Virus record (IMG/VR): IMGVR_UViG_3300032319_001025
Location: 80,014-144,013 of that record
Length of the DNA stretch: 64,000 nucleotides
Direction: 5' to 3' (one strand)
Source: a virus
Taxonomy: Duplodnaviria; Caudoviricetes
The translations under genes were made by a program, and so were the position numbers. The notes beneath the pieces were generated by a model. The model searched no databases. It had not been told where the DNA came from and saw only the letters and a list, made by a program, of their open reading frames with translations. Position 1 is the stretch's first letter. Each line of letters begins with the position of its first letter. This document shows, one piece after another, positions 21,829-32,900 of the stretch.

Positions 21829-22257
21829 TTAATTACCAGAACTTCCAAAAGATTTAGAACCTCTTTCAGAGCAACTTAAATCTTTAGATTCTACCAGTTC
21901 AACCTTTGCTACGGGTAAAATAATTAACTGTGCTACCTTATCGCCAATTTTATAGTGTAAATCTTCCTCTGTCAAATTAAGTTTTCTGAGCCTAACTTTG
22001 ATACTATCTCTATATCCAGGATCAATTACACCGACAGAATTGGCTAACATGCAGTCATAATTAGATATACTAGATCTTGGAAACAATAAGCCTACATGAT
22101 TTTCTGGTATCTCAATAGCTATACCAGTATCAAATTCAATATACAGATCGTTTTCTTTTAAAAATACCATGGCATGTAAATCTAGCCCAGCATCTCCTGG
22201 ATTAGCCTGTTTAGGTATTTCAGCGTCTGGATGGGTTTTTTTAATTTTAATTTTCAT
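21829..22257 (-). CDS. dut: dUTPase (trimeric)
   Basis: 'GDAGLDL', 'PRSS', 'GVIDPGYR', 'VAQLII', 'RGSKSFGSSG'. The likely start is MKIKIKK (the ORF track extends to 22311). Confidence 0.95.
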   Translation of the reverse strand: MKIKIKKTHPDAEIPKQANPGDAGLDLHAMVFLKENDLYIEFDTGIAIEIPENHVGLLFPRSSISNYDCMLANSVGVIDPGYRDSIKVRLRKLNLTEEDLHYKIGDKVAQLIILPVAKVELVESKDLSCSERGSKSFGSSGN

Positions 22258-22748
22258 TATCGATGTCGTATAGATAGCTTTTAGGTCTTGGGGTAAACAT
22301 GTCATTTTCATCCAAAAGGTCCCAATTCTCTACATCGTTATTTTTAATTAAAAAATTATACAACTTATCAATACGCCAAGGTCTTCCCATTGATCCTAAA
22401 TTCCAATATTCAATGTTAAAATAACTGCCTACAGCATCTTTGCCAGTGTATTTTACAATTCTTATGCAAATATCTTTAAATTTTTTATGTTTGTAAAACT
22501 CATTTGGTATGAATATGTCTTCCATAAATATCCTATTAATAATTACTTGCAGCCCGCTCTTCAGTAATAAGTTTAAGCTTAGGTTTGCTTTTACGTTTTG
22601 TTCTTTTAAGTTTTTTAGTTACTTTACGTGCAACTTTTTTAATATCTTTTTTATGATCATAAACGGCCAAAGACATTTCAATAAAACTAAAAACAGTTAT
22701 AAAAACCAGCATTATAGTATCGTACATTTGATAATTCATGATCTTTTG

Positions 22749-23037
22749 TCCTTTTTAAGTAACCTAACTACATTTTTAAACTTGCTATCTAGTTCGCATT
22801 GTCTTCCATGTACCATAACTTTACCTCTACCTTCTACATGTAGAAAAACAGTATTTTTAAAATGAAAGCAATGCCGATGATTACTTTAATTGCAACATAG
22901 GCGAAAAATAATTTCCAAAAAATTGATGCTTCCTTTTTAAGTAACCTAACTACATTTTTAAACTTGCTATCTAGTTCGCATTGTCTTCCATGTACCATAA
23001 CTTTACCTCTACCTTCTACATGTAGAAAAACAGTATT
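22749..23037. repeat. 107-bp direct repeat (22749-22855 and 22931-23037) flanking an 82-bp copy of 23777-23858
   Basis: Read directly from the sequence; the copies overlap at TATT and TCC microhomologies. Confidence 0.95.
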
Positions 23038-23157
23038 ATTATGATCATTAATTTGTAAAACCGTTCCTGATTCGCCATCTAAAAAAATGTAAAAACTTGA
23101 AAAATCTAATTTGCCAAAACCGTATACTTTAATTTTATCGTTTTCATTCATAACCAA
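22834..23157 (-). CDS. Chimeric hypothetical protein with an acquired C-terminal TM segment
   Basis: The C-terminal 'EASIFWKLFFAYVAIKVIIGIAFILKI' derives from the duplicated 23777-23858 segment. Confidence 0.55.
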   Translation of the reverse strand: MVMNENDKIKVYGFGKLDFSSFYIFLDGESGTVLQINDHNNTVFLHVEGRGKVMVHGRQCELDSKFKNVVRLLKKEASIFWKLFFAYVAIKVIIGIAFILKILFFYM

Positions 23158-23202
23158 TATTATACAGAAAATTGATAAAAAATCAATATAGCTAAATTTT
23201 AA

Positions 23203-23745
23203 TTAATTCAATGGTTTACTGATATCAAAAATAAATTTATCTATTGCGGTTTCTTTATAAAGACTAAATGGTGTTACCATATAATACATTACGTCATCGG
23301 GATTAGGTGAATGCTCAAGCCCAGCACAATGACCTAATTCGTGCCATACTACAGATTCTAATATTTGATTTTCAAAAGCGGTTGGAAAAAGCTCTATAAC
23401 GCAAGTTTCTTGTTGTACATATGCTTGCCCAGCAATATTTAAACCGTTTTTAGAATCGCTTTCACTATGATCAACCATTTTAAATGTTATTTTTTGGTGA
23501 TTTACAATGTCTTCAGTAAAAGATAAAAAAGGTTTTGAATTTCTTGAGTTTAAATCGTTTATTAAACTTATTATATTGCTTTTGTCGTTTTCAGTAAAAT
23601 TTTCAAACCCTTCAATTTTAGCTGGCCAAGAAATACAATTTTTTCCGCAACTTACCAAATTAAAAACCGCAAGAATAAAAATAAGTCTAACGGCAATATA
23701 AGCTAATTTTAAGCTTAAAATGACTTCTTTTTTGTTTTTTGTCAT
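23203..23745 (-). CDS. Matrixin-like (M10) zinc metalloprotease, probable lipoprotein
   Basis: 'HELGHCAGLEHS...DVMY' (HExxHxxGxxH plus Met-turn); lipobox-like 'LVSC' after a hydrophobic stretch. Confidence 0.85.
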   Translation of the reverse strand: MTKNKKEVILSLKLAYIAVRLIFILAVFNLVSCGKNCISWPAKIEGFENFTENDKSNIISLINDLNSRNSKPFLSFTEDIVNHQKITFKMVDHSESDSKNGLNIAGQAYVQQETCVIELFPTAFENQILESVVWHELGHCAGLEHSPNPDDVMYYMVTPFSLYKETAIDKFIFDISKPLN

Positions 23746-23770
23746 ATTGTATACAGTAATTAAAGTTTAT

Positions 23771-23860
23771 TTATTTTATTTTTAAAATGAAAGCAATGCC
23801 GATGATTACTTTAATTGTAACATAGGCGAAAAATAATTTCCAAAAAATTGATGCTTCCAT
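23771..23860 (-). CDS. 29-aa single-TM peptide (not in the ORF track)
   Basis: Translates as MEASIFWKLFFAYVTIKVIIGIAFILKIK*; it is the source of the duplicated segment. Confidence 0.45.
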   Translation of the reverse strand: MEASIFWKLFFAYVTIKVIIGIAFILKIK

Positions 23861-24402
23861 ATCTTATTATATGGTTAATTGTCTCTAAAAGTAAACTGTT
23901 ATTCTAAAATACATTACTATTTAAAGTTAGTCGTTTTCCCTGTTGTATTCTGAAAACCACATTAAAACAAAACTAATAACAGCCAATAAAGATGCAACAA
24001 TGTAACTTTGCAAGCTTTTACCTACAATTTCATACAAAAGAGAGCCTGCTCCAGCTCCAAGAGCTACCCCAATAAGTCTACTTATAGACCCGAAAAAAGA
24101 TCTTTTAAAAGCTCTTTTGTTTATTTTTTTGACACTAATTTTTTTCATTGACGTTATCAATCTACATAAACAATATTTTTATATTTAAAATAGATATAAA
24201 GTCTTGGACTAACAATAAATGGTGGGGGCATTTTAAGGATTTTTTCTATACATTCCTCTTTCTGAGAAGAGTGTAAATCGTCAGCTTGCTTAGATTCTTC
24301 GCAGTAGTCTGTTTGTTTCATTTGCCATATATAATAAGCTTCTGATATAGCAATATGAAATAAAAAACCAAACATAAAAATCCTTAAAAGCCTTCTCATA
24401 GG

Positions 24403-25296
24403 TTAATTCCTGTCATAGTCATTAAAAGAATCGTCTTCTAATCCAATACCATAACTATCTTTTTCTTCTGGTGCTGTAGTAGCAGCTTTACGTTTAGATG
24501 AATCAAGGGTTTCGCCAAAGCATTCAACACCAATAATCATATCTTTTATTTGGTCTAATACCATCCCATCTGTACTTTTAATCCATAGTTTAAGGTCTAT
24601 ATTAGAAATGTCTTGAAAAAAACTTTTGATATAAGCTTCTCGAGCAGAATCGTCTGGTTTACCTACCTCAATGACTTTTGCAAATCTACTAGGTCTATTT
24701 TTAATAGAGTTAGGTATTCTGTCTAAATGGTTAGTAGTAGCTAGATAATATATACTAGGAACCTGTAAATCACCGTCTAAAAGGGACAAAAAATCCGATC
24801 CTTTGCAATATCTGTCAAATTCTTCAAATACGCAAACTATAGGAGTTTCGCCTTGAATAGAATGTAAAATCTTTACTGCTTCAGAAAAGGCGTGGGGATC
24901 TGGATTATAAATAGCTATTCCTCCCATATCAACTACGCTAGAAATAACTTTAAATACAGTGCATGTTTTACCAGTTCCAGGCTCTCCGTGCATAATAGAG
25001 CCACGTTTATATACAAGACCGAATTTATCAAATTTACTTTTAGTCTCTTTTTTCCAAAAAGTCTCTATATCAGAGATGATGGAAGCGGTCACCATTGTTG
25101 GAAGATCGATATATTTAGATGTAAGTACATCTTTTACTACAAAACTAATTTCCCCAGCCATATTAACGTTTACTGTGTAAATATTAGGGGGCAATCCTGG
25201 TAATAAAGTGGGATTTCCAATTGGTTGATATAAACCGTCTTTTGTAATAAATTGAGTGTATTTTTCAGTTTTTTCTAGTTTTCTTCTTGTTCTCAT
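24403..25296 (-). CDS. AAA+ ATPase
   Basis: 'YKRGSIMHGEPGTGKT', 'VFEEFD', 'LSLLDG', 'ATTN', 'NRPSRF'. Confidence 0.9.
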   Translation of the reverse strand: MRTRRKLEKTEKYTQFITKDGLYQPIGNPTLLPGLPPNIYTVNVNMAGEISFVVKDVLTSKYIDLPTMVTASIISDIETFWKKETKSKFDKFGLVYKRGSIMHGEPGTGKTCTVFKVISSVVDMGGIAIYNPDPHAFSEAVKILHSIQGETPIVCVFEEFDRYCKGSDFLSLLDGDLQVPSIYYLATTNHLDRIPNSIKNRPSRFAKVIEVGKPDDSAREAYIKSFFQDISNIDLKLWIKSTDGMVLDQIKDMIIGVECFGETLDSSKRKAATTAPEEKDSYGIGLEDDSFNDYDRN

Positions 25297-25652
25297 ATCA
25301 AGCCCCTTACGATTAAAAATAAAAATTATTTATTATTACAAGTTCTGCAAATTTTACAATAATATCTTTTGTTTTCTGGTATGTCTTTTCCAGAATCAGC
25401 ATGTTCTGTTTCTTTTTTGCATTTCTTACATTTAATTATCAGTTTTTTATTCATTTTTTTGCTAGATCCTTTAGTAAATGCATGCCGTTTTCAAAAAAAT
25501 CAACAAACTCACCTTTTATAATAGTTTCTACCCAATTGTCGTCATTTTTTTTTCTGTCAAGCTTTTCAGCAAAAACTCTAGCTTTATTTAAGCTTTCAAA
25601 AGATTTTACTCTTGGGGAACACTCTTTAACATAAAAAACAAAATATTTCATG

Positions 25653-26714
25653 TTACCTCACATCAAGCGCGTAGACCTCTCTAAGCATGTCTTGGGCAAG
25701 CTCTTTATTTTCTTTTAATGCGGCCAAACAATTAGCAATACCTCTCCATGTATGGTCTTTGTATTGATATGTTTGATTATTAGGTCTTTGCAGTACACCG
25801 CTATTTCTAGCTAGCACAAACACTTCTTCATGGGTGTTTACAATACCGTTGTGATAATCAAGTGTAAATTCTGCGGTTCTACCAGAAACACCAATTGAAC
25901 TTTCTTCAACTCTAAAACGAATTTTATGTCCAGTTTTTTCAGCTTTATCCATAAAGTCTTTACGTTCTTCATCTAAAAACTCTTCGCCAGTTAGAGTCAC
26001 CCGACCATCTTTAGATCGATTAGGTTCAATATAGATGAAGAATTCTGCCATATGCTTAGAAGCCCAAGCTCCAGCCATTTTAACAGTTTTACCGCGCATT
26101 TGCTCTTTTTGATCAAGTTCAGCTCTAACGTGAGTTGTCATAAGAAGGGCAATTTTATGCTTTCTAATGATTGGAAGAATACGCTTTAATCCGTCTTGCA
26201 ATGTTGCAGCTTCATCACCAATCTGCTGAGTCATTACAGACGTAGCATTCATGGCTCGCCGCCCTTGAATACCCTTTAATGAATCGATAATAATCATTTT
26301 AATCTTAGCACCTTCTTGACATAAAGCACTGATATCATTCTCAATTCTATCAAAAATATGCTCTGGTTGATTAACGTCATAAACAACAAATCGTTCAGAA
26401 TCAATTCCCCACACTTTATGCTGAGCAGAATTAGCCTGAATTTCACCTCTTAATTCAGTATTAAACGTGATTGCAATGGCTTCTGGGTCATCCTGATGCA
26501 TCTGACCTACCATAGCATTACAAATAATTGATTTACCGCCTTTAGGGGGTCCATAAAGAATTGCGGCATATCCGTAAGGCAAACCATGTCCAGGTACTCC
26601 AAAGGCCCAATTAACGCTTGGAGAAGGTGATTGCGAGCAGTTAATCAACGGATCATAATTATCCTGTACTGCACCTTCCATATTCCTAAGTTTTGACATG
26701 AATTTATTGCTCAT
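25653..26714 (-). CDS. RecA/UvsX-like recombinase
   Basis: 'GLPYG...LYGPPKGGKS', 'FNTE', 'IIIDSL', 'KMAGAWASKH'. Confidence 0.9.
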   Translation of the reverse strand: MSNKFMSKLRNMEGAVQDNYDPLINCSQSPSPSVNWAFGVPGHGLPYGYAAILYGPPKGGKSIICNAMVGQMHQDDPEAIAITFNTELRGEIQANSAQHKVWGIDSERFVVYDVNQPEHIFDRIENDISALCQEGAKIKMIIIDSLKGIQGRRAMNATSVMTQQIGDEAATLQDGLKRILPIIRKHKIALLMTTHVRAELDQKEQMRGKTVKMAGAWASKHMAEFFIYIEPNRSKDGRVTLTGEEFLDEERKDFMDKAEKTGHKIRFRVEESSIGVSGRTAEFTLDYHNGIVNTHEEVFVLARNSGVLQRPNNQTYQYKDHTWRGIANCLAALKENKELAQDMLREVYALDVR

Positions 26715-26767
26715 GTTACCTCCAAAATTAATTTAATTATAAACTTTAAATAAAGTTATTTCAATGA

Positions 26768-27340
26768 TTAATAATCTTCTTCGGGCGCACCCATTAAATT
26801 ATTAGCAGGTGCTCCAATGGTGCCATTGAAGTTTGGTGTGGGCATTCCAGATCTTCTTTCCCAGATAGATCTAGATGCGTTATAAGCTCTAACAAAACTT
26901 CTAGCTTTGTTTTCAAGAAGACTTTTAACAGCGGTTAATTGATTGATCTTATCAAGAAAAACTGAGCACTCTGGATCTCTAGAAATAAGAGCGTTCCTAA
27001 AATCCTCGTTTGCTTTCATACCACTATTTTTATAACGGTTAACTTCATCTGGCATCTTATCTAAGATAACCGTAGACTTAGCTAATTCGTAATGTTTTTG
27101 GGCTACCAATATTTCATACTCAATCCAAGAAATATATTTAGTAGTCAAATTACATACAGTATTAAAATACCCCATTAATTCTGGTGCAGTTAATGGGGAT
27201 ACAATACTAACTTCATTTAGCCTACCTTCCGCCTTGTATATTTCATCCATTTCCAGCTTTAAAGGCGGAAGGTTAGGTGTGCCACGGGGAATGACTAGAG
27301 TTTTAAACTCTAATTCCTTTGTAGGAATATTTGTGCTCAT
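26768..27340 (-). CDS. Helical protein, possible UvsY-like recombination mediator
   Basis: Helical character and position between SSB and recombinase; context only. Confidence 0.3.
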   Translation of the reverse strand: MSTNIPTKELEFKTLVIPRGTPNLPPLKLEMDEIYKAEGRLNEVSIVSPLTAPELMGYFNTVCNLTTKYISWIEYEILVAQKHYELAKSTVILDKMPDEVNRYKNSGMKANEDFRNALISRDPECSVFLDKINQLTAVKSLLENKARSFVRAYNASRSIWERRSGMPTPNFNGTIGAPANNLMGAPEEDY

Positions 27341-27343
27341 GTT

Positions 27344-28417
27344 TTATTGCCCAAAGATATTAGCGAATTCCTCATCAGACATAGCGTTTACATCGCTGCC
27401 AACGGCTAGTTCTGTTTTGCCAACAACTACTTGTTTTTCAACTTGTTGTTTTCTTGGTGTTGCAGTCTGCTGTTGAACGCTATTAGAAGCCCATCCTTCT
27501 GGAAGATTAGGTGTAGAAACCTGAAAGCTTCCATCTGGAGTATTTTCAATACGTCCAACTGCTTTAGCAGTGGTGCCTGGAATCTGTGTTTCCAAAGGAT
27601 TCTGAACTTCTGGATTAGCTTGTTTTTCACGCATAAAAATGCGGTCAGCAAGCTCGGCTCTCAATTCTGCTGGAGTAGCAACTAGAGAAGCTGCATCTTC
27701 TAAGCTAATAGTACGGTACAGATTTCCAACATCAAATGCTGTAGTCTGAAGAGACTGAATAGCATCTGGCGAAAGAACGTGACGTTTTAAGCTAAAAGAA
27801 GCTCCATTTTGTTCATAAACAAGCTCAGCACCATAGCTGGTATCTTTAGAGCCAGGATATGGCTGAATTTTTTTAATTTTAAGCCAAGCACCTTCAACTC
27901 CGGTAATATCAATACCAAGAGTTTTATGGGTAGATTGAATTACGTGGTCTACCGATTGCCAAGCTTTGTATGGAATACCTAGTACGCCAATCTGGTTAGA
28001 TTGACTAATAGCATTCATAAAAAATGCTTTTTGTACTTTAAATGGAAATACTTTTTCCATCCAAAATTTTTTAGCTTGCTCTTCCGTGGCTTTTCCTGCA
28101 GCTACTGCATCTTTAACAAGTTTATATTTAGCCATGTTTTCAGTTACCATATCGCAAACAGGGCAATGAACTTTAACTAATTTAGTTTTATTGTCTTTAA
28201 CTTCTAGGCATCGGAACATATTAACTCTTCCGTTGCTTGTTCTAAATCCACCGTGAAAAGCATAAAATTTGCTATACTGACCTTTTTCAGCAAGGCTAAA
28301 AAGTGGGGGCAAAATTCTATACATATTATCCCCAGCTTCAAGCTTGTGCCAAGTCTGTTTAGATCCAGTGGCATTACCAAATCGGGTAGCACCGACTTTA
28401 AAGTTTTCGTTACTCAT
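27344..28417 (-). CDS. Single-stranded DNA-binding protein (gp32-like)
   Basis: 'KLEAGDNMYRILPP', 'CPVCD', acidic/aromatic tail 'MSDEEFANIFGQ'; adjacent to the recombinase. Confidence 0.7.
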   Translation of the reverse strand: MSNENFKVGATRFGNATGSKQTWHKLEAGDNMYRILPPLFSLAEKGQYSKFYAFHGGFRTSNGRVNMFRCLEVKDNKTKLVKVHCPVCDMVTENMAKYKLVKDAVAAGKATEEQAKKFWMEKVFPFKVQKAFFMNAISQSNQIGVLGIPYKAWQSVDHVIQSTHKTLGIDITGVEGAWLKIKKIQPYPGSKDTSYGAELVYEQNGASFSLKRHVLSPDAIQSLQTTAFDVGNLYRTISLEDAASLVATPAELRAELADRIFMREKQANPEVQNPLETQIPGTTAKAVGRIENTPDGSFQVSTPNLPEGWASNSVQQQTATPRKQQVEKQVVVGKTELAVGSDVNAMSDEEFANIFGQ

Positions 28418-29207
28418 TTGTTTCTTCTCCTTTAGTTTCTAATTCAGATGTTTCTGTTGTTTCTTTAGTGGCTTTCGCTCTTTTACTTGGTTTCCTTATT
28501 TTTGATTTTACATCAACCAATAAGCTTTTTACAAGATCAATTCCTAACTCGACTTCACCATCATTAGTTATCTCGTCCAGATCAATAACCTGAACTGGTC
28601 TAGGAAGATAGTTTGTATCTAGCTCCCCTCTGTAATTATAGATAACTACTGGAAGAACATTTCCGTCAAATCTTCTTTCTAGTGCTTTTTCAGTAATTTG
28701 TTTTTTAAGATAAATAGCGTTTAAAGAATCTCCGTAAGTTTTTTCCATTACGGTTTCCATAGATTTTCTAAGATCTTGATTATAATAGGCTTCTTGTGTG
28801 TTTAAAGTAGGAATAGGAAGCTGAATAATTCCTAATTCGCTTTTTAGATTAACAATTTCTCCAACTAAAGTTGAATGTTCGTACTGTGAATAATGTTCTC
28901 TTGCTAGTTTTGTTTTAAGAGTATTATAAAGCCTGTCTAACAGGGATGTATGGCTTAAAGAAAGTGTCTCAAAATTCTCGTCAGCAATTTTAGCAAACTG
29001 TTCTGATTGTTTACCTCTAACCGCAACTAAAACCGCGCTTTTTGTAACCTCTTCAAAATATTGTTTTTTAAGTGTTTCTGCTGCAGCTTTAGCAGCTCTT
29101 ACATTACCTTCTGCACCAACTCTAATACTTGGTGGAACACTGTTTAAACTAATATTAGCCTCTGCGTTTTTTTCAATAAATTGATTTAATATTTCTTTAA
29201 TAGTCAT
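28410..29207 (-). CDS. Hypothetical protein
   Basis: 265-aa ORF overlapping the SSB start; no clear motif. Confidence 0.5.
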   Translation of the reverse strand: MTIKEILNQFIEKNAEANISLNSVPPSIRVGAEGNVRAAKAAAETLKKQYFEEVTKSAVLVAVRGKQSEQFAKIADENFETLSLSHTSLLDRLYNTLKTKLAREHYSQYEHSTLVGEIVNLKSELGIIQLPIPTLNTQEAYYNQDLRKSMETVMEKTYGDSLNAIYLKKQITEKALERRFDGNVLPVVIYNYRGELDTNYLPRPVQVIDLDEITNDGEVELGIDLVKSLLVDVKSKIRKPSKRAKATKETTETSELETKGEETNE

Positions 29208-29308
29208 TTTTTACCTCTTACTAATTATTACCTGTATTGTAGTTTATTTTTAAGTTTAAATCAAGTTTCATGTTTTATTCTATAAGTTTCTATTGCTTTA
29301 TTGAACTG

Positions 29309-29620
29309 TTAAAATAAATACCATGAAAAATCATCATCTAGGTGTATAATACTCATGCACTCAAATTGTTTAAGATTATAATTTTGGGTGTAAGTATTAT
29401 TACCTAAATCAATACGGTTACCTTTTACTGTTTTTACTGGTATTACAGTATTTTTATCTTGAGACCAGTTTTTAATTACATACATTGTACCAATCGGTAC
29501 ATTTTTAATGTCTGGCAACATAAACGTACCTGACTCCATGAATATAATTTTAAAGCCTGTACGGTCACTTATAATTTTATGGTTACCTTTTATAGTTGCT
29601 TTATCTATATTATATTTCAT
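29309..29620 (-). CDS. Stand-alone tail-fibre-tip-like beta domain
   Basis: 'FMLP....PIGTMYVIKN......V......ID.G......L.......I......W' resembles C-terminal domains of phage fibres. Confidence 0.4.
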   Translation of the reverse strand: MKYNIDKATIKGNHKIISDRTGFKIIFMESGTFMLPDIKNVPIGTMYVIKNWSQDKNTVIPVKTVKGNRIDLGNNTYTQNYNLKQFECMSIIHLDDDFSWYLF

Positions 29621-29912
29621 TATTTAACCCTTAATTGAGTATAGTGAATATCTTTAATAAATGGCAATAATATTTCAGAGGCTAAAACTTCTTTAGCTTT
29701 TTTAAGCTCAAAATGTTCTCTGGTAGCGTCAACTAATGAGACTTTATGGCCAAGAACGGTAAAAGTTTTTTCTGGCTGTTCTTTGGCGTGGTTTTCTAAT
29801 TCTTTTTTAATTGGCTCGAGCTGTTTTTCAAGTTCTTCCATTTGTCTTTTTAGGGATAGGTATTGTTCTAATGAAATCTCAATATTGTTCATAATTACCT
29901 CACTATGGTTTA

Positions 29913-29960
29913 ATCATAGCAAAAATAATTAATCTAACAATAACGCAAAGTTTGTGCCAA
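29913..29960 (-). promoter_or_regulatory. Sigma54 -24/-12 site followed by a sigma70-like promoter
   Basis: TTGGCACAAACTTTGC-GTTA-TTGTTA-N16-TATGAT, upstream of the ORF starting at 29892. Confidence 0.75.
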
Positions 29961-32900
29961 TTAAGCTGTTTTATATCTGTCTTCTTCTTTTTCGCTGGTA
30001 AGACTTATGACCTTATCTAATTGAAATCGTTTATTATTTGCAAAATAATACGCAATAACTAGTTTATCTTGAAATCCATGAGGTGCTTCTGACACTTCGG
30101 AATCATACGGCGGCCAGAGTACTTCTTTAGTAAAGACACCGTTAAAATCTATTATAAGTTCTGTAGCTTGTTTTGTTTTGTTTTTATATGTAAAGCATCT
30201 TTCTTTTACTACATATCCAATTCCAGCATATACAATATTTTTATATATTTTACCGTTTTTTTGAGCTTCTTTTGCTGCTTCAAGTTCTTGACCGCTTAAA
30301 ACTTGTACACCATTTTCTGTATACCAAGAAAATCCTTTTTTGATCCCATACCTATTAGACATTATTAACGGTCTAACGTCCTCACTGTAAATACTAATAA
30401 GTTCTTTTTTCATTAAAAATTTACCCAAAGAAGTTACACCTATTAGCTCTTCTGGAACAGATTTTATAGATTCTTTCCTTATTTCAGCTTTTAATTTTTC
30501 AAATTCATATAATTTATTTTCAATGTCTATGTTTGGGTCAGGTAGAATAGAATCTAATACACCAGTAATGATAAGCTTCCTGCTTATACCAGAGTTTACC
30601 GCGCTTCTAATACCTTTTTCTTTAGAGTGGTTTTTAATAACATAATCTTCTAAGTTTGAATATGGAGAATTAGCTATAAGCTGATTAAAAGCTTTTTCAC
30701 CAACGCCGTTAATTATAGAAAACGGCGCTACAAGCTTGTCGCCAACAATTTTGTAATCACCGCCAGAATTATTAATATCGGGCATTCTGATAGAATCAGA
30801 AATATATGGCCAAAACTTGTGGGCAAGCTCATCCTTGCTCGAGTTTGATAAGACTGACTTCCACCAATCTAATGGATAGTTTGTTTTTAAGTACATACAC
30901 GCATAGGCGACATAAGCATATGAAATTGCATGAGATTTATTAAAACTATAACGAGAAGATGCCATTATCTGTTCTATTAAAAGCTTAACTTGATCTTCAG
31001 ACCAACCTCGATCTAAGCACGAATCTTTTAATCTTTTGGTTGCTACTGAAAGTAACTTCTCGTCTTTTTTACCAATGGCTCTTCTAACGTCTTCAGCTTG
31101 TTCAGCTGTAAAACCAGCAAGCTCTCTAAAAATTTGAATTGTTTGTTCTTGGAACAAATTAATACCCACGGTGTCTTTTAAAATAGGTTCTAGGTCTTTA
31201 TGTATATAAGTAATCGATTCGCCGTTTTTTCGCGCTACATAAACTTCAGCTAAAGTTCTACCATCTCCAAATGGTGCATCAAGAGTTCCTGGTCTTGCCA
31301 ATGATGTAATAGATGCTAAATCTTCTATGCTTTTAGGTTTAATACTAATAAGAAAAGGTTTAACGGTTTCTGTATCAAACTGAAACACAGTTTCTGTTCT
31401 ACCGATCTGAAATGACCCAAAAGATTTTTCACAATGTGGTAGATTCCATGGATCTATTTTAATGTTTAATCTTTCTTTTATTGACTCTAAGCACCCTTGA
31501 ATATCGACAAGAGTATTTAATCCTAAAAGATCGTATTTTACTAATCCAGCTAATTCAACTGACTTTGGCGAGAATCCAGTTAAAACAACATCGTTGATTT
31601 TAATTACTGGGCAATAATTTTGTATGGGTTCATTAGCGATTACGACTCCGCAAGCATGGCTGCTTTTTTGACGTATAATACCTAGCATTTCAGTAACAGA
31701 TTGCCAAATCTTGGGATTGTTTTTAGCGTATTTTTTTAATTCTTGGTTTTGCTCTATAAGACCTTGGTGATAGTTTCCATTAGAATCCGTAAACCCTTTA
31801 ACGAATTCTTTACTGTCAACTCCTTGTGGTTCAGATGGTAGGGATTTACACAATTTTTCGGTTTCGTTTGTAACTGTACCAAGTATGGCTCTTTCTGCAT
31901 CTTTAATAGATGACTTAAGCTTTAATAAGCTGTCTGTAGAAATTCTGCAAAAACCGTCTTTATATTTGCTTTGTAAATACTCAATAACTCTATCTCTACC
32001 TGTAGCTGAAATATCAATATCAACGTCAGGTAAAGTATTAGCTTTAATACGTCCAAGAGTTAAAAATCGTTCGAAGGATAAATTATGTTTTAATGGATTA
32101 ACCGCACTAACTCCTAAAAGATAAAGCAATAATGAACCGCCAGCACTACCTCTAACGTTAATTAAAATATTGTTTTCTTTACAAAAATTAGCCATATCTT
32201 CTACTGTAAAAAAATATGACAAAAGATTCATTTTTCCATTTTTTGCTAGAATGTCGATTTCCATTTTTAATCTATCTAGCATTTCTTTATTCGACCAATC
32301 CATGCGTCCATGTCGGTCAATCTTAACTTTAAGTTCTTTTAGCCAATCTGTATTGATTTCTGGTAAAACCCATCTATCTGAATTTGTTTCTATATTAAAT
32401 TCGTTAAAATTGGATGCAAAATCATAAGAATTATCTACAAGTTCTTCAATATCTTTATCTGATAAGTTTAACGTGTGCTTTAGTTCTTCAGCAGCTTCAT
32501 CGGTGCTTATGATATGATAAGATTGATGAAATTTCCAAAGTTCTTGTCCATTGCCAAGTCTGGCATCTTGAGTAAGTTTTTGCTCTTTCCATGCAAAATG
32601 TGAATCCAAAGAAATAATGGCTTTATCACCATATTTTTTAGCCATTTCAAGAACAAACTTGTTTGCTACCTTTTGAATATCTCCATCGATAGCAATATTG
32701 TTGCAACCAATCGGAACAAACTCGCCTGGAGTTATTATTTTACCTTCTGGGCTTTTTTTAGGAGATTTCCAATTATGAGTAATTTGGTGGGGAAACACTT
32801 CAACAAAAAAATTATTTGGTCCTGCAAGTTCTCTTAGCATGCAGTATGCTTTTTCAGCTAGTTTAGGTTCGCTTGTATTAAATTTAGTATAAATCATTGA

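Noticed and set aside
22749-23858. Repeats as a DGR template/variable pair or a CRISPR array
   Set aside because: No reverse transcriptase or cas gene is in the window. There is only one mismatch (A/G on the coding strand), too few to show adenine-specific mutagenesis, and there is no repeat-spacer periodicity.
24403-25296. AAA+ ATPase as the sigma54 enhancer-binding activator
   Set aside because: It has no GAFTGA loop or HTH; the motifs match classic-clade AAA proteins.
28410-29207. Nucleotide-kinase-like fold
   Set aside because: There is only a vague secondary-structure resemblance and no P-loop GK[ST].
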